From an uncultured Thermotogaceae bacterium (lineage in GTDB: Bacteria; Thermotogota; Thermotogae; Petrotogales; Kosmotogaceae): a stretch of 64,000 nucleotides of DNA. Below, piece by piece: positions 56,134-64,000 of the stretch. The notes beneath the pieces were generated by a model. It saw only the letters and a list, made by a program, of their open reading frames with translations, had not been told where the DNA came from and ran no database searches. A program made the position numbers and the translations under genes. The stretch is from the NCBI GenBank assembly GCA_964441735.1, contig CAYTVB010000001.1:1164-65163 (forward strand), read 5' to 3'. Every line of letters begins with the position of its first letter. The first letter of the stretch is position 1.

Positions 56134-56516
56134 TACCTTTCACCTCTTTTCATACATTCTTCACAAATACCAATAAAGTAGAAAACGTGATCGGTAATAT
56201 GGAAGTCGTGAGTATCTTCAATACTTTCTTGGATTTCCTTTGCGAAACAAACATCAAAACTCTCCGTTTTTCCACATATTTTGCAATAAAGAAAATGATA
56301 GGGATGTTTTTTTGGGATGTAATAATAGTTTACTTTTGAATCAAAGGTTAAGGATTTGATCATATCGTTTTTTTCAAGATAGTTTAAAGCTCTGTAAATT
56401 GAAGAAAGATCAGGTTTGCTGTCCATGTTTTTGTAAATCACATTGGCATTTACTGGTGAATCTGATTCTTCTATCATGTTGTAGATTTTCTTTCTCAATG
56501 GAGTGAATCCTTTCAT
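56133..56516 (-). CDS. zur: Fur-family metalloregulator (likely Zur)
   Basis: Fur-like winged helix. HxH...CxxC and CEEC cysteine pairs. ATG 56516 lies 6 nt after GAGGTG. Precedes znuACB. Confidence 0.75.
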   Translation of the reverse strand: MKGFTPLRKKIYNMIEESDSPVNANVIYKNMDSKPDLSSIYRALNYLEKNDMIKSLTFDSKVNYYYIPKKHPYHFLYCKICGKTESFDVCFAKEIQESIEDTHDFHITDHVFYFIGICEECMKRGER

Positions 56517-56528
56517 TAATAACACCTC

Positions 56529-56554
56529 GCAATTTATTTGCGCAAATCATTTGC
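56529..56554. promoter_or_regulatory. Two adjacent 13-bp palindromic boxes (putative Zur operator)
   Basis: GCAATTTATTTGC (56529-56541) followed directly by GCAAATCATTTGC (56542-56554). Lies 13 nt upstream of the zur start codon. Confidence 0.55.
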
Positions 56555-56614
56555 ATATATTTTACAATAATTCCTGTTACAGGTCAATGCTTTGATTAGA
56601 ATACATGAGTTATT

Positions 56615-57142
56615 TTATGTTCTCTTTATCCGGGGGTCAGTAAAAATATCATATTCATCCCTGCTTGTTGTGGAGAATTCGGAAACTACAGCGCCTTCTT
56701 TTCCAGCTTGAAACCAGTGTAAAGTTTCAGGTTTTATCGTATATTGATCGCCCGGTCTAAGAGTTATTTCATGAAGCACGGTGAAATAATTACTAAATTC
56801 TTCGTAGACAATTGCTTTTGGTTTTTTGACAGGTTCGCCTGGAACGTAAAGGTATACAGTTCCCCACCGACAGCGAAAGGTTTCTTCTTTACCCAGATCT
56901 TTTTTAACCGGTGGATGTTTGTGCTCGGGGCAGGTCTGAAATGGAAACAGGATAAGTTCTTTGGCGCAAACTCTTTTTGTATTTATATACACAAGGAGTT
57001 GTAATCCGACTTTTTCATGACAACCAAGGCCGAAATCTGTAATTTCCATATTATTTATTTCTTTTTCTTTAACTGCAATACACGCTTTATTTAAGTAATC
57101 AGCAGCTCTCTTTCGTGATATAAGTATTGTTTGGTTATCCAT
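56615..57142 (-). CDS. D-lyxose/D-mannose ketol-isomerase (cupin)
   Basis: RKRAADYLNKA..., KELILFPFQTCPEHKHPP and EETFRCRWGTVYLYV resemble the YdaE-type lyxose isomerase family. ATG 57142 follows GAGGGGTGA. Confidence 0.7.
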   Translation of the reverse strand: MDNQTILISRKRAADYLNKACIAVKEKEINNMEITDFGLGCHEKVGLQLLVYINTKRVCAKELILFPFQTCPEHKHPPVKKDLGKEETFRCRWGTVYLYVPGEPVKKPKAIVYEEFSNYFTVLHEITLRPGDQYTIKPETLHWFQAGKEGAVVSEFSTTSRDEYDIFTDPRIKRT

Positions 57143-57218
57143 ACGATCACCCCTCAAAAATGAAATGAATGGTGTATATAATAGTTGTATCATATGATTA
57201 AGCTTGATAACTGGAGTG

Positions 57219-58007
57219 ATGGTTGTGGATGAAAAGATCCTTGTATTTGGTGGAACATTTCTGGATGTATTTATCTATGGAAATAAACCTCATGATGTAA
57301 AGATAATTGAATCTCCGGGAGGTTCGGGTTTAAACATTGCTTTTGGATTATTCAGACTTGGGTTTGATGTTGAATTCATAGCAAATATTGGAAATGATTG
57401 GAAAGGAAAGGAAATCCTTTCGCGATTAAGAGAGTTTGGATTCAATATTCATGGAATAAACGTTTTGGAGGAAAGAACGGGTTACCATATTTCAAAAGAA
57501 GACATTCCTATTGCAGTGGATCGCGGAGTCAATAAATTACCTTTAAGAATAGCAAAAGATTCACTTGATAGAGCAGATATTGTTATTATAAATACAGAGA
57601 TAGCTTTGCATTCACTCAAAGAGATCTGTAGTAATTTTACAGGCAAATTGTTTATTGATATGGGACCTTTATTTAATATCAAAAGAGCAGATATAAATAT
57701 AAACAAAAATACTGATGTAGTGATTATTGGTAACCATAATATGGGAGATATTGAAGACTTTGATGTTGTCAAGAAAGGAGCCAATGGGGCTTCATGGGAT
57801 AATATTGAAGTTAAAGGCGATGGGAAGGATTATCCTTATAGAGTCGGAGCTGGAGATGTTTTTGATGTTGTACTTATTTCCTCACTTCTTATGGGAAAAG
57901 CAGAAAAAGAGAGTCTCGAAAGCGGAGTAAAGTTTTCACAGGATATGGCGAAAGAGGTTAAGGGAGCTTTCAACAAAGTACTTAATTTGCACAAGATTAT
58001 CTTCTAG
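57219..58007 (+). CDS. PfkB-family carbohydrate kinase (short form)
   Basis: GGSGLNIAFGL N-terminal motif and C-terminal GAGDVFD motif. Start is ambiguous (TTG 57204, ATG 57219 or GTG 57225). Confidence 0.7.
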   Translation: MVVDEKILVFGGTFLDVFIYGNKPHDVKIIESPGGSGLNIAFGLFRLGFDVEFIANIGNDWKGKEILSRLREFGFNIHGINVLEERTGYHISKEDIPIAVDRGVNKLPLRIAKDSLDRADIVIINTEIALHSLKEICSNFTGKLFIDMGPLFNIKRADININKNTDVVIIGNHNMGDIEDFDVVKKGANGASWDNIEVKGDGKDYPYRVGAGDVFDVVLISSLLMGKAEKESLESGVKFSQDMAKEVKGAFNKVLNLHKIIF

Positions 58008-58047
58008 TAAATGATGTATCGATTATTCAAAGTTATGGGAGGTTTAT

Positions 58048-59523
58048 ATGAAAAAATATTTGGGAATAGATATCGGTACGACAGGAATTAAAGCGCTTGT
58101 AGTGAATGAAGCGGGTAATGTTCTTGATATGTACAATTATGATTTGAAATTAAACACTCCAAAACCAGCCTGGGCTGAGCAAAATCCGGAGGACTGGTTT
58201 GAAGGAACATTTCAATTGCTCAAGATGATTTCAAAAAAACACAATATTTCAGCGTTAAGCTTTTCAGGACAGATGCATAGTTTGGTTCCCCTTGATAAGA
58301 AGAATAATGTAATAAGACCAGCCATTCTCTGGTGTGATCAAAGAACAACCGTAGAATGCAAAGAAGCCACAGAGGCTCTGGGTGGTGAAGAAAAGGTTAT
58401 TAAAAGAATAGGGAACCCAATACTTGAAGGATTTACACTTCCCAAGATTCTTTGGCTCAAGAAAAATGAGCCTCATAATTTTAGTAAAATGGATAGTTTT
58501 TTGCTTCCAAAGGATTATGTAATTTATAGATTAACAGGAGTTAAAGGGATTGAATGGTCGGATGCTTCTGGAACAGCAGTTTATAATGTTAGAACGCGCA
58601 AATGGGATGATGAGCTTATTGAAAAACTTGGCCTTTCGGAAACCCTTTTCCCTGAGATTCTACCCAGTAATTCTATTAGGGGTTATATAAGAAAAGCCAT
58701 TTTAAATGAGCTTGGTTGGAAAAAAGTTCCGGTTATTTCTGGTGGAGCAGATAATGCTTCAGCTGCACTGGGAATAGGTGTGGCAAGGACAGGTGATACC
58801 ATGATAAGTATTGGTACATCTGGAACTGTGCTTACCGTAACTGATTCCAGCCAACCTGATATAAGTGGGAAAATCCATTATTTCAACCATGTACTTGCAG
58901 AAAAATCTTATTACATGGGTGTTATGCTTTCAGCAGCACATTCAGCAAACTGGTTTAAGGATGAATTTTTTGAGGAAAAAACATGGAAAGATATAGAAGA
59001 GATGATTTCGAAAAGCCCTGCAGGTGCCAGAGGTCTAATTTTTCTACCTTACCTGAATGGAGAAAGAACACCCCATAGAAATCCTAATGCAAGGGGTGTA
59101 CTTTTTGGACTTTCATCGGTAAATGATCGGAAAGATGTTATGAGAGCAGTAATTGAAGGGATTACGTTTGGATTAAAAGACTCCTTTGAATTAATAAAAA
59201 ACAAGACGGAAATTAAACGGGTGAGAATTGTTGGTGGGGGAGCAAAAAATCCAGAGTGGTGCAAGATAGTGGCCTCCATATTTGATCATGCCATCGAGGT
59301 TCCCGAAATAGATGAAGGTGGTGCCTATGGTGCTTCCATGCTTTCAGCTATGGGAGATGGAATGAATTTAGATGATGTACTTTCCTGGGTTAAGATAGAC
59401 AGGGTTGTCGAACCTGATGTTGAAGTAGCAAGGATTTATGAAGAAATTTATCCCGAGTTTAATGAATTGTACAATGATCTGACCGAGAGATTTGATAGTA
59501 TTCTGGATAAATTTAGGTATTAG
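58048..59523 (+). CDS. xylB: Xylulokinase (FGGY family)
   Basis: YLGIDIGTTGIKALV, GGADNASAALGIG, FLPYLNGERTP and GGGAKNPEWCKIVASI. Confidence 0.8.
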   Translation: MKKYLGIDIGTTGIKALVVNEAGNVLDMYNYDLKLNTPKPAWAEQNPEDWFEGTFQLLKMISKKHNISALSFSGQMHSLVPLDKKNNVIRPAILWCDQRTTVECKEATEALGGEEKVIKRIGNPILEGFTLPKILWLKKNEPHNFSKMDSFLLPKDYVIYRLTGVKGIEWSDASGTAVYNVRTRKWDDELIEKLGLSETLFPEILPSNSIRGYIRKAILNELGWKKVPVISGGADNASAALGIGVARTGDTMISIGTSGTVLTVTDSSQPDISGKIHYFNHVLAEKSYYMGVMLSAAHSANWFKDEFFEEKTWKDIEEMISKSPAGARGLIFLPYLNGERTPHRNPNARGVLFGLSSVNDRKDVMRAVIEGITFGLKDSFELIKNKTEIKRVRIVGGGAKNPEWCKIVASIFDHAIEVPEIDEGGAYGASMLSAMGDGMNLDDVLSWVKIDRVVEPDVEVARIYEEIYPEFNELYNDLTERFDSILDKFRY

Positions 59524-59586
59524 ATAATCGAAGATTTTCTATAACATGAAATCACTATCAGTCCATAGTGTATACGAGGTGATTTG

Positions 59587-60549
59587 GTGAAAAGGGTGCT
59601 GTGTTTTGGAGATATTCTGATCGATTTTATTTCAAAGAGTAAAGGAAAATCAGTGGCGGAATCGAATGTATTTGAAAAAAGGGCAGGAGGGTCGATATTT
59701 AACGTTGCAGTTGGACTTTCAAGACTGGGAAATGATGTCTCGTTTCTGGCAAAAATCGGTGACGATGAATTTGGCAAATATCTTCGGAATGTTTTAAAAA
59801 AAGAGAATATTGACGATTCGTGGCTAATTCAGGTTACTGATTTAAATACCACCCTCGCTTTTGCTTCTGTCGATTCAGAAGGAAAACCTTCCTTTGATTT
59901 TCATAAAGATAAAAGGGAAATAGCTGAGGTCAATATCGAAGATTGTTCAGAAATCCCCACTGAAGAATTTGATTTGTTCCATTTTGGTTCAACGACAATA
60001 CTTGAAAATAAAACTGCTGAAGCAATGGAGTATTTATCAAAGAAAATGAAAGAAAAGAAGGTATTTGTGACCTTTGATCCCAACGTAAGGCCTTCCTTGA
60101 TCAAGGATAAAGATTCATTTTTTGAGTGTGTAAAGAATTTAATAAATAACGTTGATGTTTTGAAGTTAAGTGACGATGATCTTCAATATCTTACGGGAAC
60201 TAAAAACTTTCCCCGTGCGAAAAGTGAACTTGAAATAAACGATGAGACAATTGTTATTTTGACAATGGGATCAAAGGGAGCGAGATTATTCTTTGGAAAT
60301 ATGGAATTATATGAAGAAGGTTATGATGTTGATGTATCAGAAACCACAGGCTGCGGGGATTCCTTTATGGCGGCTTTGATTTCAGGCTTACTTGAATATA
60401 GTGATCAAAAAAATATGAGTATAGATTCCTTTGAAAAGGTTCTGAGAAAGGCAAATGCTTCAGCAGCTATGGTTGCAACCCGTATTGGTGCTGCAAACTC
60501 GATGCCTTACAAAAACGAGCTTATGAATTTTATTGAACAACAACGATGA
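59587..60549 (+). CDS. PfkB-family kinase, fructokinase-like
   Basis: LCFGDILIDF, GGSIFNVAVGLSRLG, DPNVRPSL and TGCGDSFMAALI. GTG 59587 lies 7 nt after GAGG. Confidence 0.75.
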   Translation: MKRVLCFGDILIDFISKSKGKSVAESNVFEKRAGGSIFNVAVGLSRLGNDVSFLAKIGDDEFGKYLRNVLKKENIDDSWLIQVTDLNTTLAFASVDSEGKPSFDFHKDKREIAEVNIEDCSEIPTEEFDLFHFGSTTILENKTAEAMEYLSKKMKEKKVFVTFDPNVRPSLIKDKDSFFECVKNLINNVDVLKLSDDDLQYLTGTKNFPRAKSELEINDETIVILTMGSKGARLFFGNMELYEEGYDVDVSETTGCGDSFMAALISGLLEYSDQKNMSIDSFEKVLRKANASAAMVATRIGAANSMPYKNELMNFIEQQR

Positions 60550-60587
60550 AATATATTTTAATACAATATTGGATTTGAGGTGAAATC

Positions 60588-61982
60588 GTGTTGTTTCGTA
60601 CAGATACCGAAAATATCGTTGATTATATTGCAATAAATATCGATCAAGAACATGTTGATATCTTAAACGAAGTTATAAGTATTAATAGTAAACATGATAT
60701 TGAATGGCTTGCAGAAACGATTAATCGACTTGATTCACCCGAGGACATAAAAAAATTGTATGAATTCCAGAGAAACAAAATTGACAAAGCAGGGGGTTTT
60801 TATGGAGTTATTTCTGAACCAATTAAAAATGTAAATGATATTCCCTTACCTGGTGCTTTGGAATCATTTGTGGATTTAATAAAATATCTGGTAAATACCA
60901 GAGAGAGCCAGCGTAAAGAAGTTGAAGAAACTGGATATCCTTTGAATTTTGCTGAGAAAACGTATGAACCGGCTACTGCTTCCTCAACCGATAAAATAAA
61001 GATAACACTTGATCTAACGGCCATAAGACAAGTAGTGGATTATTTTTCTTGTGAATATCCAACAAAAGAAGATGCTAAAAAAATCGCTAATTCAGAGATC
61101 TTTGCCGAAATTATAAAACACAGAAATTCTTTGGGTTATGTACCCGGACCAGAAATGACAACAGACTTTTTGGCATATTTTATTTATTTAGGAGCGAAGA
61201 AAGACCCAATAAGTGTTATTTGGAAATGGCTGAATCCCTGGAACTGTTTCAATTTCGCAGATATTTTTATGAATCTTGAGCGTTATAGAGAACTTTTAAG
61301 AAATCTGGAAGTTAACAAGAAGGGTATTGAACGTTTCGTATCGTCGAGGATCGAACCTTTTGTACCTGAAAATTTTGAATTTAAAGAACGTTTCGCACTC
61401 GGTATAGAATGGGCAATAAGAGGCTGGGCTACCTCGAAATTTGGTGGAATAAACATCGAACATGTTAAGGATAATTATGAGTTTTTAGTAAATACCATCG
61501 TTCACGAAACCTACCATAGAATTCAGGCTATGCTGTATCCAGGCAATGTGGGGAAAGATTTCAATATGTTGGATGAGTCACTTGAAGACAGTAAACTGGA
61601 TGGTATCTACAAAGCCATGACCTATGTTTTCCTTGAAGGAACTGCTACATATGTTCAACATGGTTCAAGGATTAACAATAAAAAAGAAACGATTGTTGAA
61701 GCAATAAATTTGTTTCAGCAAATTGAAGAGTTTTCAACACAAAAAAATGAATTGGAGAATGTTGAAGAATTACTGAACACAGGCCTAAGATCAAATGGCT
61801 CTTTTTATACATTGGGGCAATACATGTCCAAAAAAATAGAAGAAGCATATGGAAAAGAAAAACTGGCTACCTGTCTGAAAAAAGGTAGCCCAGAATTTTT
61901 CGATCTATTTATTAGACTGGATAATAAGAATATTTTTTCTAAAGAGTTAAAGGAAACTTTTAAAAAAATCACTTTACCATAA
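60588..61982 (+). CDS. Hypothetical protein with HExxH motif (DUF5700-like putative Zn peptidase)
   Basis: IVHETYHRIQ motif. No signal peptide. GTG start after GAGGTGA. The family name comes from memory. Confidence 0.55.
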   Translation: MLFRTDTENIVDYIAINIDQEHVDILNEVISINSKHDIEWLAETINRLDSPEDIKKLYEFQRNKIDKAGGFYGVISEPIKNVNDIPLPGALESFVDLIKYLVNTRESQRKEVEETGYPLNFAEKTYEPATASSTDKIKITLDLTAIRQVVDYFSCEYPTKEDAKKIANSEIFAEIIKHRNSLGYVPGPEMTTDFLAYFIYLGAKKDPISVIWKWLNPWNCFNFADIFMNLERYRELLRNLEVNKKGIERFVSSRIEPFVPENFEFKERFALGIEWAIRGWATSKFGGINIEHVKDNYEFLVNTIVHETYHRIQAMLYPGNVGKDFNMLDESLEDSKLDGIYKAMTYVFLEGTATYVQHGSRINNKKETIVEAINLFQQIEEFSTQKNELENVEELLNTGLRSNGSFYTLGQYMSKKIEEAYGKEKLATCLKKGSPEFFDLFIRLDNKNIFSKELKETFKKITLP

Positions 61983-61985
61983 GTT

Positions 61986-63236
61986 TTAGTATACAACCAT
62001 ATACTTTCTGTAAATTAAGGGTGTTTGTATGCCCAATCGTTCTGTAAAAGTGTAAGAAGATGTTGGGGCATTATTACCCTTTATTTTCATAAAACATTTA
62101 TCGAAAAGTGCAGGTAAGTTGTCTATACTATACATTGAAGCATAGTCTGTAACTTCACCCCAGTGAGCAGCTGATGTAAAATATTCAATATTTTTCAGAA
62201 AATCGCTTGTCCATTCCACATAAACATCAGAAGTATCATAATCTGTCATACCTTCACCATAATCAACATCTGCATAAGCACTCAAAGCAGCTGTTGTAGT
62301 TGTAATACCAAGAATCAAGTTATCACAGCTTGTAAGAGATAATGGATATTGAATCCAGCTTCCAGCATGACAGGATTCAATAATAATATTGAACTGAACG
62401 TTGGGGTACTCATTCATAAGGGCTATTAGTGTCGAGGGAGACATACTATATCCGCCTATGTTCATACTGTCAGTACCTCCATGAGCGATTATATAGATTG
62501 TAAGCCGATTTACTTTCATTTCAAGTATCAAATATTCTACGGCATCTACAATATCTGATGAATAGTTATCGGGATAATCAACCTTAACCACTCGATTTTC
62601 GCTAATTAAATCGACCATTGCGTCATAAACCATGTCGTGAATCTGAGAAGCCTCGTAGTACAGGTTTTGTGAAGGTGTTAAACCATTAACAACGACTGCT
62701 CCATATATTTTGAATAGTCTGGCAACAATGCTTATGTCAATCACTGGAATTAAGGGTTTTTTAACTTTGTAATTGTTCCAGAACACAGCCTGATAATATT
62801 TTTTATCGGTAGGAGATTTGATAACTTCAGGAACCTCGTTATTAAGTACAGGCCAGCCCTGTGTTTCCTTTTCATAAAGTGCTTCTCCGTTTTCATCCAT
62901 TACTACAATTTTTCCAGGATGATTGTAAAATGCGCCGGGTGCTAAATCCAAATAGAATAAAAATCCTGGTTTGCTAATAGTGGGTGCAACATCTTCTGCT
63001 TTGTATTGTTGGTCTGGACTAGGAACATAATCATATACCATATCTCCAGCTTTTACCGGACCAAGATACAGAGCTACAGCTGGTTCCTCGGGTTCATCTT
63101 CTTCGATTATTTTTGTTATAAACTCTTGCTTTGCCAGTTCAAGTTTGATAAATTCTATTGTTCCGGGACAACCTGAAAGTATTAGTAAAAGAAATAATAC
63201 GCCAGCTATCAGGAAAAACATGTTTCTTCCTTTCAT
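61986..63236 (-). CDS. Lipoprotein with clan-CD (legumain/C13-like) His-Cys dyad pattern
   Basis: Lipobox ILSGC. YIIAHGG and, 37 residues later, IIIESCHAGS, each preceded by a hydrophobic strand. RBS AAGGGGGGA. Confidence 0.6.
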   Translation of the reverse strand: MKGRNMFFLIAGVLFLLLILSGCPGTIEFIKLELAKQEFITKIIEEDEPEEPAVALYLGPVKAGDMVYDYVPSPDQQYKAEDVAPTISKPGFLFYLDLAPGAFYNHPGKIVVMDENGEALYEKETQGWPVLNNEVPEVIKSPTDKKYYQAVFWNNYKVKKPLIPVIDISIVARLFKIYGAVVVNGLTPSQNLYYEASQIHDMVYDAMVDLISENRVVKVDYPDNYSSDIVDAVEYLILEMKVNRLTIYIIAHGGTDSMNIGGYSMSPSTLIALMNEYPNVQFNIIIESCHAGSWIQYPLSLTSCDNLILGITTTTAALSAYADVDYGEGMTDYDTSDVYVEWTSDFLKNIEYFTSAAHWGEVTDYASMYSIDNLPALFDKCFMKIKGNNAPTSSYTFTERLGIQTPLIYRKYMVVY

Positions 63237-63655
63237 TTTTATCCCCCCTTCTGCTAGAGAGAGTTTATTCCTTATGATTCATTTCCATGTTTATCTTTAA
63301 AAGTAGATTTCATTACATATTCACAAAAATTACAGTAATAAGTTTTAAAAAAAACAAAAATTATGCATATAACTTAAGATCATACGTTTGAATATAAATG
63401 GTCATAAAATAGAATAAGAATAATAATAATTATAAAATTGTTAAGGAAGCAACATCAATTTTATATATATATAATGCACTTCCGAAAATTTATAAACTGA
63501 AAATCTATTGCAGGTATTATAAATAACATAATTATCGGTTTTTTGAGTACTATTGAATAATGAAACGAAAGCTTTAAAAAAAGAGACGAAATAGAAGGAC
63601 ATACTTATCGGTTAATGACGATATAATATTAGTGTATGAAAAGTGGTGAACATTC

Positions 63656-64000
63656 ATGATTGTTACAAGGGTAAACAACAAAAGCAAGATGAGTAAGTTT
63701 ATCAAACTTCCTTATGAAATCTATGAAGATTATCCTGCATGGATTCCTCCCTATTTGTTTGATGAAAGAGAGATCATTAAAAAAGGTTCATCAGTCATGA
63801 ACGAAGATCGAGAATTCTTTATAGTTCTTGATGGGACTCAACCAGTAGCAAGACTTGCTGTTTATATTAATAAAAATTCCGATAATGCTAAGCCCAGAGG
63901 TTACTTCACATTATTCGAAAGTTATAACGATGAATTAGCTGTCAATATGCTCTTTGCAATGGCTGATAGCTGGTTTATGATGAGACAAATTGATAGCTAT
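63656..64000 (+). CDS. Hypothetical protein, 5' part only (GNAT-like N-terminal region?)
   Basis: ATG 63656 follows GGTGA. My own translation is open for 115 codons to the window end (MIVTRVNNKSKMSKFIKLPYEIYEDYPAWIPPYLFDE...). Confidence 0.5.
   Translation, partial: MIVTRVNNKSKMSKFIKLPYEIYEDYPAWIPPYLFDEREIIKKGSSVMNEDREFFIVLDGTQPVARLAVYINKNSDNAKPRGYFTLFESYNDELAVNMLFAMADSWFMMRQIDSY

Noticed and set aside
1-64000. CRISPR arrays, rRNA genes, and long repeats other than the 193-bp pair.
   Set aside because: I saw no regularly spaced 25-40-bp direct repeats and no rRNA-like GC-rich blocks on reading through. A manual scan cannot exclude diverged or short repeats.

Overview
This is an AT-rich, tightly packed bacterial chromosomal segment of about 60 genes. 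Shine-Dalgarno sites are strong (GGAGGTGA type) and many starts are GTG or TTG. The protein families and RBS style look Thermotogota-like, but I cannot verify that. Most content is core or metabolic:
- c-di-GMP genes: a GAF-GGDEF cyclase convergent with a PBP-PBP-HD-GYP operon
- a cDPG-synthetase-like P-loop gene, tRNA-Pro(GGG), a large GH13 amylase, inorganic pyrophosphatase, PfpI and a PlsC-type acyltransferase
- an erythrin-VIT1 transporter
- a locus containing an RpiR-family regulator gene, with a BMP-type ABC importer, FGGY kinase, DhnA-type aldolase and Zn-ADH
- a methionine gamma-lyase-like operon and a secreted VanX-like dipeptidase
- a YtrA(GntR)-type ABC operon, a zur-znuABC operon and a D-lyxose isomerase/xylulokinase/PfkB cluster

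The one clearly accessory piece is a 2,017-bp cassette (10161-12177) between tRNA-Pro and the amylase gene. Perfect 193-bp direct repeats bracket it; they duplicate the shared terminator and the last 45 codons of the amylase gene. The cassette carries only an MqsR-like toxin gene and an unusually long antitoxin-like gene (Zn ribbon + XRE HTH + DUF4065/Panacea-like region). A perfect 20-bp palindrome overlaps their promoter. I saw no CRISPR array, rRNA, transposase or integrase. All calls rest on by-eye motif recognition and manual inspection of starts and RBSs. No database search, folding or statistics program was run.
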